Source: Lytechinus pictus
Taxonomy: Eukaryota
Assembly (NCBI RefSeq): GCF_037042905.1
Contig: NC_087251.1
Location: 25,732,001 to 25,792,000, forward strand
Length of the DNA stretch: 60,000 bases
Direction: 5' to 3'
Shown: positions 13,001-26,300 of the stretch, in pieces
Layout of the letters: each line of letters opens with the position of its first letter
Position numbering within the stretch: position 1 is the stretch's first letter
Translations under genes and position numbers: made by a program
The notes under the pieces: model-generated
The model's database searches: none
The model's input: the letters and a program-made list of their open reading frames with translations, nothing else
What the model was told of the DNA's origin: nothing

Positions 13001-16000
13001 CAGTAATTCATTCATCTGATAAAAAAACATTGATGAAGTATGTGATATGGTATGTAATGTCAGTTACCGAAAACATGAACTTTTTTTTCTCATTTCCTGG
13101 AAAAGAGGATATATTATATGAAACTTGGTAGATTTCCTCTTTAGGTAACACCCCTCCCTTCTACACCAAAATTAAAGATTACCAATTAACAATGAAGCCA
13201 TAGGGTACCATTAAATCTATGTAATGTCAGTTACCAAGTGGAAAATGTAATGTCAGTTACCGAGATGTAATGTCAGTTACCATGATAAAACGTTGGTTAC
13301 CAATATTGAAATGCAAATATGTGGTAAATTTTATGGTGAAGAAATGTTGTATACTTGTTATTTAAGTCTTTCACTTTAAAAGTCACACCAGAAGGAGCTT
13401 GCTATTGACTTTTAAAAGGTATAGTTCACAAGGAATACTATATGAAATTATGAAGGAAGTTGCATTCCCATCGTGCAAAAAAAATTACTATGAAATTGTT
13501 TTGTACATGCACTTACCAAGTACCTAATTGTTTGTATCAGACAATTTTTTGTTTGGTTTTCGGGGGGGGGGGGGGGGGGGTAGGGGGTACTTTCCCCAAC
13601 CTATTGCCTAAATCTGCAACATTTTTTAAGCTTAACATTGTGACGAAAGGGATTTCCAGGGTCCCTTTTTTAGTTTCTAGGATTCTTTTGAGCATTGCCT
13701 CGCTAAAAGTAAATTCCTGGTTTTTATACCTGTTAGTAGTGTGGATGTGTGATACAATTTTGTTTTTGGTTTACAAGTATAGATGAAAAGTGAAATTTGA
13801 CAGTTCTGATCAATGTTGCATGGATCTACTAAAACTGTTTTTTTTTCTTCAAATTTACAAATAGTTCAGTTTCAGTTTAGAAGCTGGAGTTTATTTTTTG
13901 TTGACAGCTTATAAAAGAAATTAGCAAAGAAAATGATTAAACAAATTATGAAGAGAATTGAAATCGGACAGATATGAACAAGCATTGCTTGCACTGACCA
14001 GAATAGAAATCAATAAAACTACATGGCTGCATGAGATTCATGGGAGGGGTACATGTAGCCTAGGGGAGGAGACCCTTATTAATTTTGCCTTTTTTGAGGG
14101 GAGGGGGAGGTTGGAGAAGGAAAAGGTTTAAAAAGTCAATATAAAACTGATGAATATATTATGGGTGTATAATCAGAAAAATCCATGTGTACAGTCAATG
14201 CAATATTAAATTACTATAGGAAAACATGTAGCTGCTATGACCCCACCCCCCCCCCCCCCCCCCGAGTAAGTAAAACATACATTTCTTATCTTTGGATAAT
14301 TAAAAATGTGAAGTATTATGAGACTTTTATGATTTTAAAAAGCCTTACATATAAGTACCAAGAAAATTATGCCTTTGAAAATCATATAGCACCGGTAAAT
14401 GTTAATGTGTATATTGTCAGTTACCGACAAGTAATGATAAAAATGTTCAAATCAAAGAAAGGAATTAAGAAAAAGAAAAAGTTTTTTCATTGAAATGTTC
14501 CTAAAAACTCGGGTATACTTCCACATCAAGCTCACTTTCATGTGAAGCCCTGCACAGAAGATACAATGCAATGATTCCACACATTTGACTTCCATGTGTT
14601 ATCTCTATGGCAAATTAAGTGTAATGTCAGTTACCGTAATGTCAGTTACCAGCATGGTTGTGGAAAAATTATCATAGTCCCCAAAAGACAAAAACGAATT
14701 GTTTAATATTTTGACACATCTTAACCTAGTAACGGAGGTATATTTACATATTCAAATTATTACTCTATCTACTCAGGGACATGAGATATTTCAATTTTAA
14801 TGAACACCCTGAAATTGCATGTCCTTTTGCGTAATGTCAGTTACCGACACATTTTTGCTTGCTGATGCGTAAAAAAATGTGGTTACATAGGAAAACTTAG
14901 TATCAGAATATACAGCAAGGTTCACTTTATTAACTCTATCAAAAGCAAACTCCCATCATTTGTTGTTTTAGAGATACACACAATGAAAGGTGTGAAAACA
15001 TTGTGCCGTGTAATGTCAGTTACCGTGAAAATGCCCATCTGTAGAATTGATTGGTTCTTTGATATCGTTCATTCAGCCCATTTTGCAATGACGTCATCAA
15101 CCGTGCAATTTTGGATCCATTCATCATGCAATTTTGGATTCATACGATTTTGTCCATTGCACGCGCGTACCGAGACTGCAGCTCAGGCACCAGCAGTGCG
15201 CATGTTGTAATGACGTAACAATCAACAGACCAAACTCGCACTGCATGAGCATGTTTGGCATCGAAATTCATAAATTTCATATGAAAAAAAGTCAATCTTT
15301 AGGGGTCATATAAACCAAATAATGAATGTTTTTCATTCGTGCAATGGACAGAATACTTCATTCGGTTAAAGATGAAATAATGATCCATTCAACGAGGTGT
15401 AGCAGAGTTGAATGGATCTTTTCATCTTTCACCTCATGAAGTATTTTGTCCATTGCACTCATAAACATTCATTATTTGTATATATTATTGGTGATATTTC
15501 CACAAGTAGTGTGGCTCCAATTATTCCAATTTACACATAAAACTGCATTCTGATTGGAGCGCACAGATTTACTGCAAAATACACAAGGGAATTTAACAGG
15601 CATTAGTGAGTTAACCAGACATGTTCATGAATCTGTAGAAATGAAAAGTGTCTAGCTAAACTTCTCTACGTCACCTTTGGAAGAGACAGAGACTTTCTTG
15701 TTATCATCCGTTAGTACCGTGATTCTTCCATCCAGAGTCCAAATTTTCTTGACCTTTACCTTTGATCTGAGTTCATTCACAATGGCTTGGCGAGTGGAGG
15801 TCAGGTCTTCGTGAATGTATATTCGAACCTCTCATCTTGGAACGTGCACGAAAGATGGCGTAGCGAGTGTTATTATAGCGAGAAAACTTGATGATCGGTC
15901 ATGGTTTTGATTTATCCCAGGATCTCGGAGTTACACGGTGACTGCGATCGATATGGACTGGATGGAGTTTGATGTGAATTTTCGAATGAACTGTATCGAT

Positions 16001-19000
16001 GATCAGCTGATCAGTATCCTCATGAGAACTTTCCGGAAACCCATGAAAACGTAAAAAGTTTCACCAAGAGTATTGTTCCTGCTCCTTACGAAGGCCCTGA
16101 AGATCAGTCACTTGCTTTTGAAGGTAATTCAGTTCACTGACCTTCGTAGGGAGCTTATCTCATCCTTTTGCTGTTTAAGTCAAGATGAATAGAAGAATAG
16201 ATGTCTTGTGTAACTTGATCCTTTATTGCTTCAACGACGGCCTCTACCAATTCAGCACGATGTTCTTCATTAAGGGCCGTGTCCACTTGCATCCGTATCG
16301 TGTTCAAAGGGCGGGAATCCTTTTGTTGGTCAATGGTTGCCTGACCAGTGGCTACATCAGCATCTGAAGGGTCATCATTGAGTGAAGACGCTCCATCAGT
16401 TCTCGGCGTTGGTAAGGCACGCGATTCACCCTTTGAGACTGCGTCCTGTCCTTTGCTTTTCTGAGTTCTGGGCATAGTTGAATTCCTTGTCAGTATTACG
16501 TCCAAAAACGTGAAAATTATTCCAGTTGGTATGTCCAACGTATGATGTAACTAAATCCAGTAAATAAACCCAAGATATAGGCCCAGAGTAGATTAAATGT
16601 AAAATTTAAAAAATGCCGGAGCATGGCCAAAATTCTCGTCGTTTAAAGTGCCCTCTATCATATATTTATTTATCCATGACCATATTTGTTAATTTTAGAT
16701 CAAATAAATCAGAATGAATGATTTCATATTAGACTAAATAGACATTAGACCAAGTGTGAATGAGACCAAACGATTATTAGACGAAATGAAAATTGGACCA
16801 ATTGATGATTAGCCCAACTGGTCAATGGACCATTTAGCTATTAGACCAAGTGGTCTTTAGACCAATTGGATATTAGACCAAGTGGAAATTAGACAATAGA
16901 AATTAGACCAAGTGTAAATTGGACCAAAGGATAATTAGACCACATGACAAAATGAAAATTAGCCGAAGTGGAAAGTAGACCAGTAGTGTTAGACCAACCG
17001 GAAATTAGACTAAATGGTTTTAGCCCAACTGCTCATTAGACGAAGTGGGGATTAGATGAATTAGATATTAGACGAACTGGTTGTAGACAAAATCGGTTTA
17101 GACTATGTAAAGTTAGACGAACTGATAAGTAGACCAAGTGGTATTAGACCGATAATTCACCAAACTGCTCTGGTAGTAAATATAACAAGACCACTCGACT
17201 ACAGCCTACCTATTGTGTGTGACTCTAACGCATTCTGATCAGTTATCATGACTTTCCTTGGAATGTTCAATAGTTGCTCATCACTCTTTAGGTGTAAAAA
17301 AGGAAATAATAATGCACTGAATGTTACATATCATTTGGTGGGATGTTGAAATTCTTATGATAGCTCAAAAAAAACTCTATTTACTTGTACAGAAGTGCTA
17401 ACCTTCTTTGGCATAAATGAAAGAAAATCAAATTTGATTATAAAACTGTTGGCAAAGATAAGAAAAAAATATCAAATAAGCAGATTAAAATTACAACCAT
17501 CATACTAGAAATTGAAGTCGTCATAAGGATGAATTATGTGATCTGTCTCTGATTCTCACAATCATGATCATGCAGGCGTGGATTCAAGGGGGGTTGAGCC
17601 GGCCCCGGCCTCCCTATTTTTGGGCAACCCCCCCCCCCAAAAAAAGGTCTCCTTTTTAACTTGAGAGAAACGCTGAAAAACAGAAAGAAAAGTAAGGAGG
17701 AGATATCACTCCCAAGTGTTCAATTTACTGCCTTGCGTAACGGCCAGCCCGAAAAGTTTTATCATATATAATAATAAATGTGATATGAAAATATAGCAAA
17801 ATAGCAATATTTTACTTTTATACCTTGTAATAGTCATATAGGATCATGTGGGAAATGGTAAAAAGAAAAAATATATAGGACACCTTGCCTCATTGGGAAT
17901 TTCTAATTGATAGATTGGTTATAACTCTGAAGCAGATATTCCTAGTAACATAATGGCTAAAATATTTTAATGTGCACTACACATGATTAACAGATGACTA
18001 TGCAAACTTGATGCATTGGTGCTAACAAGGCCTGATCAATATTTGAATCATATTCAATTTGATCATACCAAGTCCTACAGCTTTTAACATATTGACAAAA
18101 TCATCTGATTACCAGAATGACAAAGCCATGTATACCCTTACCTTGATATCCTTTGTAGCTTGGAGACCATACCCCTGATCAAACTTGGCAATTTTTACAG
18201 AATCTGATGAAACTCCATTCTCATTGAGCCACTTGAAGAATGCTTCAAAGTGCTCTTCTCTCTTTGACTGATGATTTGGCTCACCTGCCACATGAAAGAA
18301 CATGAAGCATAAAATGCATTTGAAAATTTCTTAACATTTTCATCACAAGTTTAGCAATCCTTAATTTAAAGAAGATAAAGTAAAGAAATATACTGGTCTA
18401 TGAGATAGTATAGTGGAGATTATGATAAGATTACCTTTCTGCAAGTTTGGAATAAGTCAGTTGTTATTTTGATAGACAGGGAAGGTAAAGTAATCAAATA
18501 TTCCAGGCTGCAAGAAAGCATTGTGAAAATGAGCTCAGATCAGACGCCCGTATGAAGGGACTCTTCACAAGCAACCCGGGTGTGGCGAGGTCGGCAACCA
18601 AAACTTGATAAGCCTCCCTCAACAGTCATAATATTATTTGTAATGTAATGATTTGTTTGACACACATATCATTTGAACATTCAAAATAAGAAAGAGCAAA
18701 GATGATTATCATGTTTCCAAATATCATTTTATTCAATTGTTTTACTTATTATTTGAGTCTGTTATCAGCTGTGGGTCAAAAGAAAAAAGCTCACTCACCT
18801 GACATTTTACATTCACCAATATTTCTGAGGGGCAAAGGCCCTATAAAAAGTAATGATTTCAACTAATCTACACTATATATTTTTTTTAATCTGTAATATT
18901 TGTATACTAGTTTAACTCATCTTTACATGAAAAATATTTTAAATAACTCTCAAATCTAATTTATATTCTTAAATGATCAGGACAAACTCTGGATCAATCT

Positions 19001-19608
19001 GGATCTATAGACAAGGCTGAATATCTGAGCTAACACTAACCAACTCTTGTCTTCTTCCACTCTTGGATTTCTGATACATACTTAAACTTTCTCTTAAACA
19101 CAATACAAAAAAATATACAGAAGGGATAAACATATTTTTCCTGCAATTACCACAATCTATTTTTGGCTGGAACTCACCATTCTGTCTTTTGCGTATCTTT
19201 TCAATCACGTTGTGGATCTGTAGGAATTCTTCCCATTGTTCACCAGTAGTTGGTGGGATTGGAGTGGCAGCCACTGAAAGAAAAATAGGGAAAATATTTT
19301 TTCAAATAAGTGTAAGAAAACTGAGAAATGGTGTATCCCCAGATATTGCAAATGAAGGGACATATAACATAGTCAACCTGATTACAGCAAAATAATCGCA
19401 TACATCACTTTCGCTTATGTTTAAAATAATGAACTCCATAATTTCTATTACTGTATTAGATTAACTGATGATTCAACAACCAAAACCCATGATTGGTGCA
19501 TTACTTACGGTCGATAACTTGTCCACACAGTTTAATCAGTTCTTTCCTATCCGCTTTAGACACTTCATCCGGACCAGGATTAGTTTTTCGCTTACTTTTT
19601 CGTCCCAT
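1066..19608 (-). CDS. SETD3: Actin-histidine N-methyltransferase SETD3, 12 coding exons; 3' end lies beyond the left edge of the window
   Basis: Exons with GT-AG sites and consistent phases: 19509-19608, 19178-19273, 18142-18284, 17210-17285, 6540-6650, 5711-5791, 5125-5189, 4577-4632, 3871-3985, 3470-3711, 2782-2870, 1066-1226 (445 codons). The joined peptide MGRKSKRK..QWEEFLQIHNVIEKIRKRQ..GYGLQATKDIK..NSFWKPYLDILPSSY..QYKNIARQYGY..FTYDFYRWAVSTVMTRQNQIP..LIPLWDMCNHANG..GEQIFICYG..SDRLYAMK..LLTFLRIFCM..YKTSIQ is collinear with vertebrate SETD3. An acceptor at 19623 implies an upstream non-coding exon. Confidence 0.96.
1845..2704. mobile_element. Non-autonomous TA-TSD DNA transposon (Tc1/mariner-pogo-like)
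   Basis: TA flanks; TIR GGGGAAGG(C/T)GGGGTAAGTTG; subterminal GGGTAAGTTG repeats on the left and GCTCAACTT(A/G)CCCC repeats on the right. Confidence 0.85.
4258..4372. repeat. (CAT/CAC)n trinucleotide microsatellite in a SETD3 intron
   Basis: Degenerate ATC/ACC run; similar runs occur at 4695-4770 and 5025-5080. Confidence 0.75.
5792..6539 (-). other. U12-type (minor spliceosome) GT-AG intron in SETD3
   Basis: The 5' splice site reads GTATCCTTT (6539-6531). Branch site CCTTGAC (5811-5805) lies about 13 nt before the TAG acceptor, with no real polypyrimidine tract. Confidence 0.88.
5936..6068. mobile_element. Miniature related MITE inside the U12 intron
   Basis: TIR GGGGAGATCGGG / CCCGATCTCCCC-TA and the internal GGGTAAGTTG motif shared with 1845-2704. 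Confidence 0.65.
6751..7030 (-). mobile_element. tRNA-derived SINE
   Basis: A box TGGCCCAGTGG, B box GGTTCGAATCC, core ACCCAGGTGAGGTAAATGGGTACC and (TTA)n tail; a second copy lies at 53880. Confidence 0.88.
7345..7810. repeat. Imperfect long inverted repeat (palindromic non-autonomous element)
   Basis: TTTAATCGGGTCAAGATCAC (7432) is inverted at about 7697-7716; the outer arms ATAAAGCTGAA/TTCAGCTTTAT and TTTGAGCC/GGCTCAAA also pair. Confidence 0.6.
12697..15036. mobile_element. Non-autonomous DNA transposon with 4-bp TSD (Sola-like), inserted in the LINE
   Basis: TIR GGGCATTTTCAC / GTGAAAATGCCC; ATCT duplicated at 12693-12696 and 15037-15040; about 9 internal copies of (G)TAATGTCAGTTACC. Confidence 0.75.
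15312..15482. repeat. ~170-bp imperfect hairpin repeat
   Basis: CAAATAATGAATGTTT..TGCAATGGACA.AATACTTCAT..AAAGATGAAA..GATCCATTCAAC pairs with its reverse complement across a 13-nt loop. Confidence 0.7.
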
Positions 19609-21564
19609 CTTGCTTCTGTACCCTGAAGAAAACCTAAAGACATGAGGAAACAGACTCAACAGAGTAGGCCTATATGTTTTTTGGTTTTTTTTCAATTCAC
19701 AATTTCACATAAGCAGCCTCAAATATTTGGAATGCCATCCATCTGGCTTCCAGTAGTTTTTCCTTCAAATTTTCCCTTAAACTTACCCACTTTCCCTTAC
19801 TAATCTAATTATTGTATATTTCTCTATTTTCTTGAAAAGAGCGATTTGTTCCAAGGTTATTCTCATGTATTGTACATGCACTTAGTACTTTTTGTTGTAT
19901 ATGGATATCTTCATATCAACCAAAAAATTACTTTTTTTCTTTCCAGGGCTCTTTTTGGAGAAACTTAAAAATTTTCCAGGGCTACTTTTTCATTTTCCAG
20001 GGCTCTTTTTCCACTTTCCAGGGCTACAATTTCTGGAGCTATTTCGCGGCTTTTTTGCGTTTGTGTGTGTGTGTATGTGTGTGTGTGTATATATATACAC
20101 ATATACACGGTAGCTAGCATATACCAGGGAAGTATAACACTTCCCTGGTTTGACCTTCGCATTGTTTCTTCGAAGTTATTGTTTATGATTTTAGTGTTGT
20201 GATGATAGATTGATTTTGATGCTTGAACGATATCTGAGTTGATTCATGGACCTAATACAGACCTATTCAGATTAAATCATGGAGGTAGAACCTCCATGAA
20301 TTAATCCAAGTTTGAATGTTTGATACTTGGTTGACGTGAGCTTTGCGTGTTTACTATTTAGTGTTATAGCCCATTTGCTAAATTAATCTAGAAAGATCTG
20401 TATTCGTGTCTAAAGACAATGTAAAAGAAAAAGAAAGTTCTGAATTTGTACAATTCTGAGGTAATTTATTTTATCATACAATATAGGTACCTGCAAATGT
20501 TATGAAGTTGAACAAATATCCTTCGTACATATTTGACTGAAAGTTATTTAAATGACACTTTTTAAAAAAGACTTAAAATTATTCATACAAAATAATGATA
20601 TAAGTCATAAAGGTCATTGAATTGTTAAGCGTTCGTATCAGTAACACAGATTCATGACAAAAAGGCCTACCAGAACCAAAACTGGCAATTTCCATCATCC
20701 ATCATGAATGCCTAGCCTTGCACGGCCTCTAATTGAAATGAACTTATCCACGTCTTTGCAAATTTTACCTGACCTAATTTCTCCACACAGTGAGAGAGGC
20801 CATGTGGCAGCCAAACCAAAACAGAATGAAAAGGGCTGCAATCTCGTACCCCCCCCCCCCCCACCACCACAAGAATATCAGATTTCCAAACATGTGCTTC
20901 TCAAGATTGTGCAATACATGACGGAGACAAAGAAAGTTATGTAAACAAATTGCCGAGGGTTGATGTCCCTGGGCCCTGTTGCAAAAAAGTTTATGTATTG
21001 ATTTATGTCATGATTTATGTCACGATTTATGTCATACAGCATAAATCATGACATAAACACAAATATTGACATAAATCCGTTGCATAAAGCTTTATGTCAT
21101 AAATCACGACATAACATCATGACATAAATCCATTTGAATGACATAAATTTATGTCGTGATTAAAATCAAGACATAACCTGCGGCTTTCTGCAATAAGTGA
21201 CTTAAGGGTAATTTTAGGATTATTTTTTATAATTATGCCCTTTGTAATTTTGATGATATATTGAGTTTTACTTGGAGTTTCGAAATAATTTTTGTGTCAT
21301 TGGATAGCCTAAGATGTATTCTTTCAATATTAAAAAATATAATTATCGTAAATATTTCCCTTATTTTTATAAGCAAAGCTAGGCCTAAGCATAAAAGTTA
21401 TTGTGTTTATTTTTTTAGGATAGGACATTTTCCTTAGAATAATATTATAATTTAATATATCAACGTCTCATGTTTTTCAAGCACCACCCCTCCCTCCCGA
21501 AATAATGATAATAACTTTGACTTTCAGTCTAGAATCGCCCCTTTTGTGCTTAATTCAGATGTGA

Positions 21565-22025
21565 TTAAACAAGAAATTTGGTACACACATTGGATGACTT
21601 CAAGTCCGGTGTTGGCGTTGGTGTTGGAATTGCGATTGCTTCCCCTAGCTCAAAAACCTATTTTGTGTGTTAGAAATCATGTTGCCATGGTAACGGCATA
21701 TTACATGACAAAAAATTGGTAAAATACTTTCAGTTTTAATTTCTTCATAAATTTTCAACCAATTCTCTTGGAATTTGGTTCACACATTGAGTGAGAGGTA
21801 AAGGTGTGAGAGACACATATTTTGTGTGTGTTGGAAGTTATGTTGCCATGGTTACAACATATTATAAGCCCCAAATTGGGTAAAAATATATTGGTTCCAA
21901 CTACTTGATTAGTTTTCAACCAATTCTAATGAAATTTGGCTCACACATTGGTCTCGAGGTAAAGACAAATACATGACATTTTTTTACATGTGTCGGAAAT
22001 CGTGTTACCATGGTAACATTATATA
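21565..22025 (+). repeat. Three diverged tandem units (~160-200 bp), HINE-like core repeats
   Basis: Recurrent GAAATTTGG..CACACATTG and GAAATC.TGTTGCCATGGTAAC motifs. Confidence 0.6.
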
Positions 22026-22738
22026 ATATGTCAATACCACTGTCACCCATCATTTATATTTTTTCATCTTTGAGCACCTGGCCATTTTCTGTCTATCTCT
22101 CTCTCATCAAATGTAATCCCCCCCCCAAAAAAAAAATGCTTTATCCTCTTTTCCCCTTTCATTATCATCCTCCCTCCGAGATTGGCCCACTATCATTCTC
22201 GGAACTTATCTCTTCAATTCTCAATACATCTATCTCTGTTAATGACTCCTTCACATTTATAGTACTTTTTCTTTCCCTTTCCCATTCTACTTCACCTCGC
22301 CCCCCCTCTCATTATTCCCTATATATATATATATATCTTTGCATCTCTGGATCTTTCTCACTTTTATATGAATTTCCTTTTAATTTCTCGCCCTTCCTAC
22401 TTCAAATCTTCATCTCAATCAATTATTTTCCTAATTTGACAATTTATGGGACAATATTCAGAGTTCATAAAAAAACAATCATACAATTTTCTACAAATAT
22501 TAATTACTATTTTTAGGAGGGAAACAAGTGTGTTCTGAGGGGCAAATCATATTTTTACCACACCCCACCCCCTCCCGATTCAATAAAAAAAAAACGAACA
22601 AAGAGATGAAGCAAAAAGAATGACATTTTATGTAAATTTTATTACTTTTAAAATAAAATCACACTAAAATTTGTAAAACAATGTAATCTTGTTACCTGTC
22701 CAATGTCCTTTAATCATGACTGTATAAATATGATTCAA

Positions 22739-23330
22739 AGGTCAAATCCACCCCAGAAAATGTTGATTTAAATAAAAAGAGAAAAATCAAACTAGCAAAA
22801 CGCTGAAAATTTCATCAAAATCGGATGTAAAATAAGAAAGTTATGACATTTTAAAGTTTTGCTTATTTTTCACAAAACATTGTATGCACAACTCAAACGA
22901 GACAGTCGATGATGTCCCTAACTCACTATTTCTTTTGTTTTTCATTGTTTGAATTATACTATATTTCTTCTTTTTTATAGATTTGACAATAAGGAACAAC
23001 TTGACTGATCATATAGTATTAAACAATGCTCATTCCACATGTTCAGGGAGGAATTAATCGTTCTTTCACTTGACAATGAGGAGAAAAATTGAATATTCCA
23101 TATTTCATATTATAAAATACCAAAGAAATAGTGAGTGGATGACGTCATCAGTCACCTCATTTGCATACCCACCAGAATGTGCATATAACTGTTTTGTGAA
23201 ATTAAGCAAAACTTTAAAATGTCATTACTTTCTTATTTTACATCCGATTTTGATGAAATTTTCAGTGTTATGCTTGTTGGATTTTTCTCTTTTTATTCAA
23301 ATCAACTTTTTGTTGGGGTGGACTTGTCCT
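22739..23330. mobile_element. Kolobok-like MITE
   Basis: TIR AGGTCAAATCCACCCC / GGGGTGGACTTGTCCT with long imperfect inverted arms; TTAA on the right and TCAA on the left. Confidence 0.8.
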
Positions 23331-26300
23331 TTAAAGAGGTACATGGATTCAAATAAAACATATTATTTATATCCTAAATGAATACAATACATGTACCTCG
23401 ATCAAGTGTACAACTACAAACATGATACATAATAATACATCTTAAAAAACAAGAATAACTAAATCCTATTTTTATGCTTAATAAATATTTTCATTTAAAA
23501 GAGACAAATATTTATGTAATATCATGAAGAGGAACTCACAGTGATGTTATTTATTCTTCTCCTTTTCTCCTCTTCCACCCCTCCTCTTCTTTTTCTTCTT
23601 CATCTTCTTCTTTTCCTCCTCATTTTTGGTTGTCTTCTTTTCTACTTATAATTCATTTGTATTATTATGACCTATCATCATTAACATTATAATAATTTTA
23701 TGATAACAATCATAAAAAGATATCCACAATGTCAATATAATGATTATTATCTCTGAAAAAAATGAAAATTATTACTTTTGCTCATTTTCAAATCTTAAAG
23801 CGAATACTTCAGGGTACAACCAGATAGTTCCCTTGCCATGTGCAACCAGGTCCATGTCGTCACGTCTTCAACAGTCTTGACTCTTGAATAATCTGAAATT
23901 ATAAGAATAATAAGTGAAAACAACTTTAGCAACTCAACTTTATAATAGTAGAGTGTTCACATACATGTGCATGTATGATGTATCTCTTCAAGATTATGAA
24001 AGAGCCTTTTGAGATTGCAATCACAGGCTTAAATAAAAAAAATGTATATAATGTAAAATTAAAAAATGGGTTAATAGTCTCCGAATATTATTTTGTTTAC
24101 CCTTATATGGTTGTAAGAATATATTTCATTTCAATCAAGTCATTGGAGAAAATGTTCATATTTGGCGAAAAAATACAACAACACAAAATTGAGGTCAAGG
24201 TCATGTTTATGTTATCAACTTGCGACCTCTCCCTTCTACTCCTACCACTATTTTATTCCTAAATGCACTTATATTGTGTTTATGCTTGTAAGCTCACATT
24301 GTTAGTCTCTTTGTTGAGATGAATTGTATGAGATGAATTGTAAAAGAGATTCATATTTGAAAATGAATGATATATAACAGTACATCACATTTACAACCGC
24401 TCTTAAAAACAATAAAATAAATTAGAATAAATATTACCGTATAGTATACTTGTATTTACAAGTAGAATATTCAATAAACACAACTTTATATAAAAACTTA
24501 CCTTCATACTAAAAGAGATTTCTTGTTCAATGGCACACAGTGGCAGAGTGTCTGGACTTCCATCTCCTTCCAGTTGCAATCCCCCTCTTTATTTCTACCT
24601 CTTCTCACCGTTTGTGTGGTTCAACTGTTAGGAAAGTGAATACAAAATTTTTAATAGTGACATATGAGAATGAATTCATATTTACATTTTGAATAAACAA
24701 CTGAAGTTCCTTCTTTAAAAAAAATATTTTAATCATTACAGATTTTGTCAAATATATTTGACAGGGGTGTTGGGACAGTTTCACTGGCTATTTTCAGAAC
24801 TGTGTAAAAATGAATTCTATCCATGAGTGCATTGAGAATACTAATCAAAGGCAAATAAGGTCTAGTCATTCAACCTTGAAATGGTTTGATGAAAACACTA
24901 AGAAGGTTCAAATTTGAACCTTAGGGGTTGGTACAATAAGGAGTGCCAATGAGCGCAATTATGCTCATTTGTGCACCTTTATGGGTGTAGCAGATTTGAA
25001 CCATGTAATAAAGGTTAAAAGATTTGAACATTTTTAATGTTTAAGTAATACTATTATGCACCTTAAAAGGTAAAATGTTGCCCCTTTTATTGTGCAAACG
25101 AACATTTCTGGGTGCAAACAATAATGACAAGGTCAATTTTTGCACCTTTATCACTTAGGATGCAATATTGCAAGGAGAGTACAAGTGTTTCATTAAGGCT
25201 TCAAATTCCTTTTTTCTGTTAGAAAAATATGTTAGAAAAATGATTTACACACGCAATATGTGAATACTTCTAATGAAGATAGGTTTTGATAGGTAAGAAA
25301 ATTGTAGGCCTTATAATTCTATTATTTATACAAAAAATTTGGGATTTAAAAAAATTCAAATTGCCAAGGTTTTTTTTTCAAAAAAAAAGCACCCCTTTAA
25401 TAATTTATCTGAAAAATCCTTTAGAGTAAATAGGTAAAGGAAATAGAAAATAGTATAAAAAATTCTCGATAACAGTCACCAAGAGAATTTCAATGATCAT
25501 GGTTATTTTTATCCACAGATCAGAAACCAAATCTTGTAGTTACCGGTAATGGAAATGCCTTTTCTCCAAACATATTACTTGTGCATTGGTTTAAAATTAA
25601 TAGAAAAGGCATTTGATAAGGTTTTTAACCTGTTAAACAAATCAAAGAACTAAAATGTGCACTATATCCTCAGAAGTGTATTAAACTTAGCAAACAGGTA
25701 GCTTGTCTACAGGCCAGCAGCCAGCTTGCAGAGAATATATTCAAATCAGAAAACACAGAGGATACATACATGTAGATCTTTTTTTTTTTTTACTGCATGT
25801 TCAACTCATTGCTTTTGTTAAAAATTGGAAGAGTCTAAAATATAAATCGAAGATGTACATTAATATCTATATTAGATATCAACATACAATGTAGTCATCA
25901 GTCTCATCAGACAAGTTTTTTGTGAAATTACATGTCTTTTCAGTTCAGTGTTTAAATTAATTAGTTCAGTGCGTAATTCTTCTCCCCCCCCCCCCTTCTT
26001 TCCCATCCTGTTCAGTAGTCTCCAGTCTTTGTTAACACAGAGGGTGTCCCAGGGTTTTCTATATTATTTTATCACAATACACACCAATCATTTCATTTTT
26101 TTTTGCTTTACAGAGAGGGACCCCCCCCCCCAACTCGCTCCTAGGGCTAGGGTCTAATACTCTACATGTTATTGTAGTGCACATCTTCCAACTGATGAAT
26201 CTTGACTAGATCTAGGCCTCTACCCCTGTCATTAGAAAACAATATTAGAGCTAGACTACCCTATTCCATAGCTCTATCATAAACCCAGGGGGCTCCACCA

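Larger units (their letters stand above)
11455..16655 (-). mobile_element. Degenerate, internally deleted CR1/L2-type LINE
   Basis: ORF1 remnant about 15640-16475 (..EQYSW*NFLRFHGFPE..IDRSHR..IHEDLT..WTLDGRI). APE endonuclease start 12239-12560 (HLNIRSLRNK..ILSLSETWL..RKDR..GGGVGWYIK). ORF2 C-terminus about 11800-12230 (LKWQSMEQRIKYQ..VYKILNGLAPPY). 3' (TAAA)n tail near 11455. Confidence 0.8.
9445..17160. mobile_element. Foldback-like element with ~420-bp modular terminal inverted arrays, expanded by nested insertions
   Basis: An array of ~20-bp units with core TTGGTCTAAT at 9451-9870 is mirrored by an ATTAGACCAA array at 16728-17150. No TSD resolved. Confidence 0.7.
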
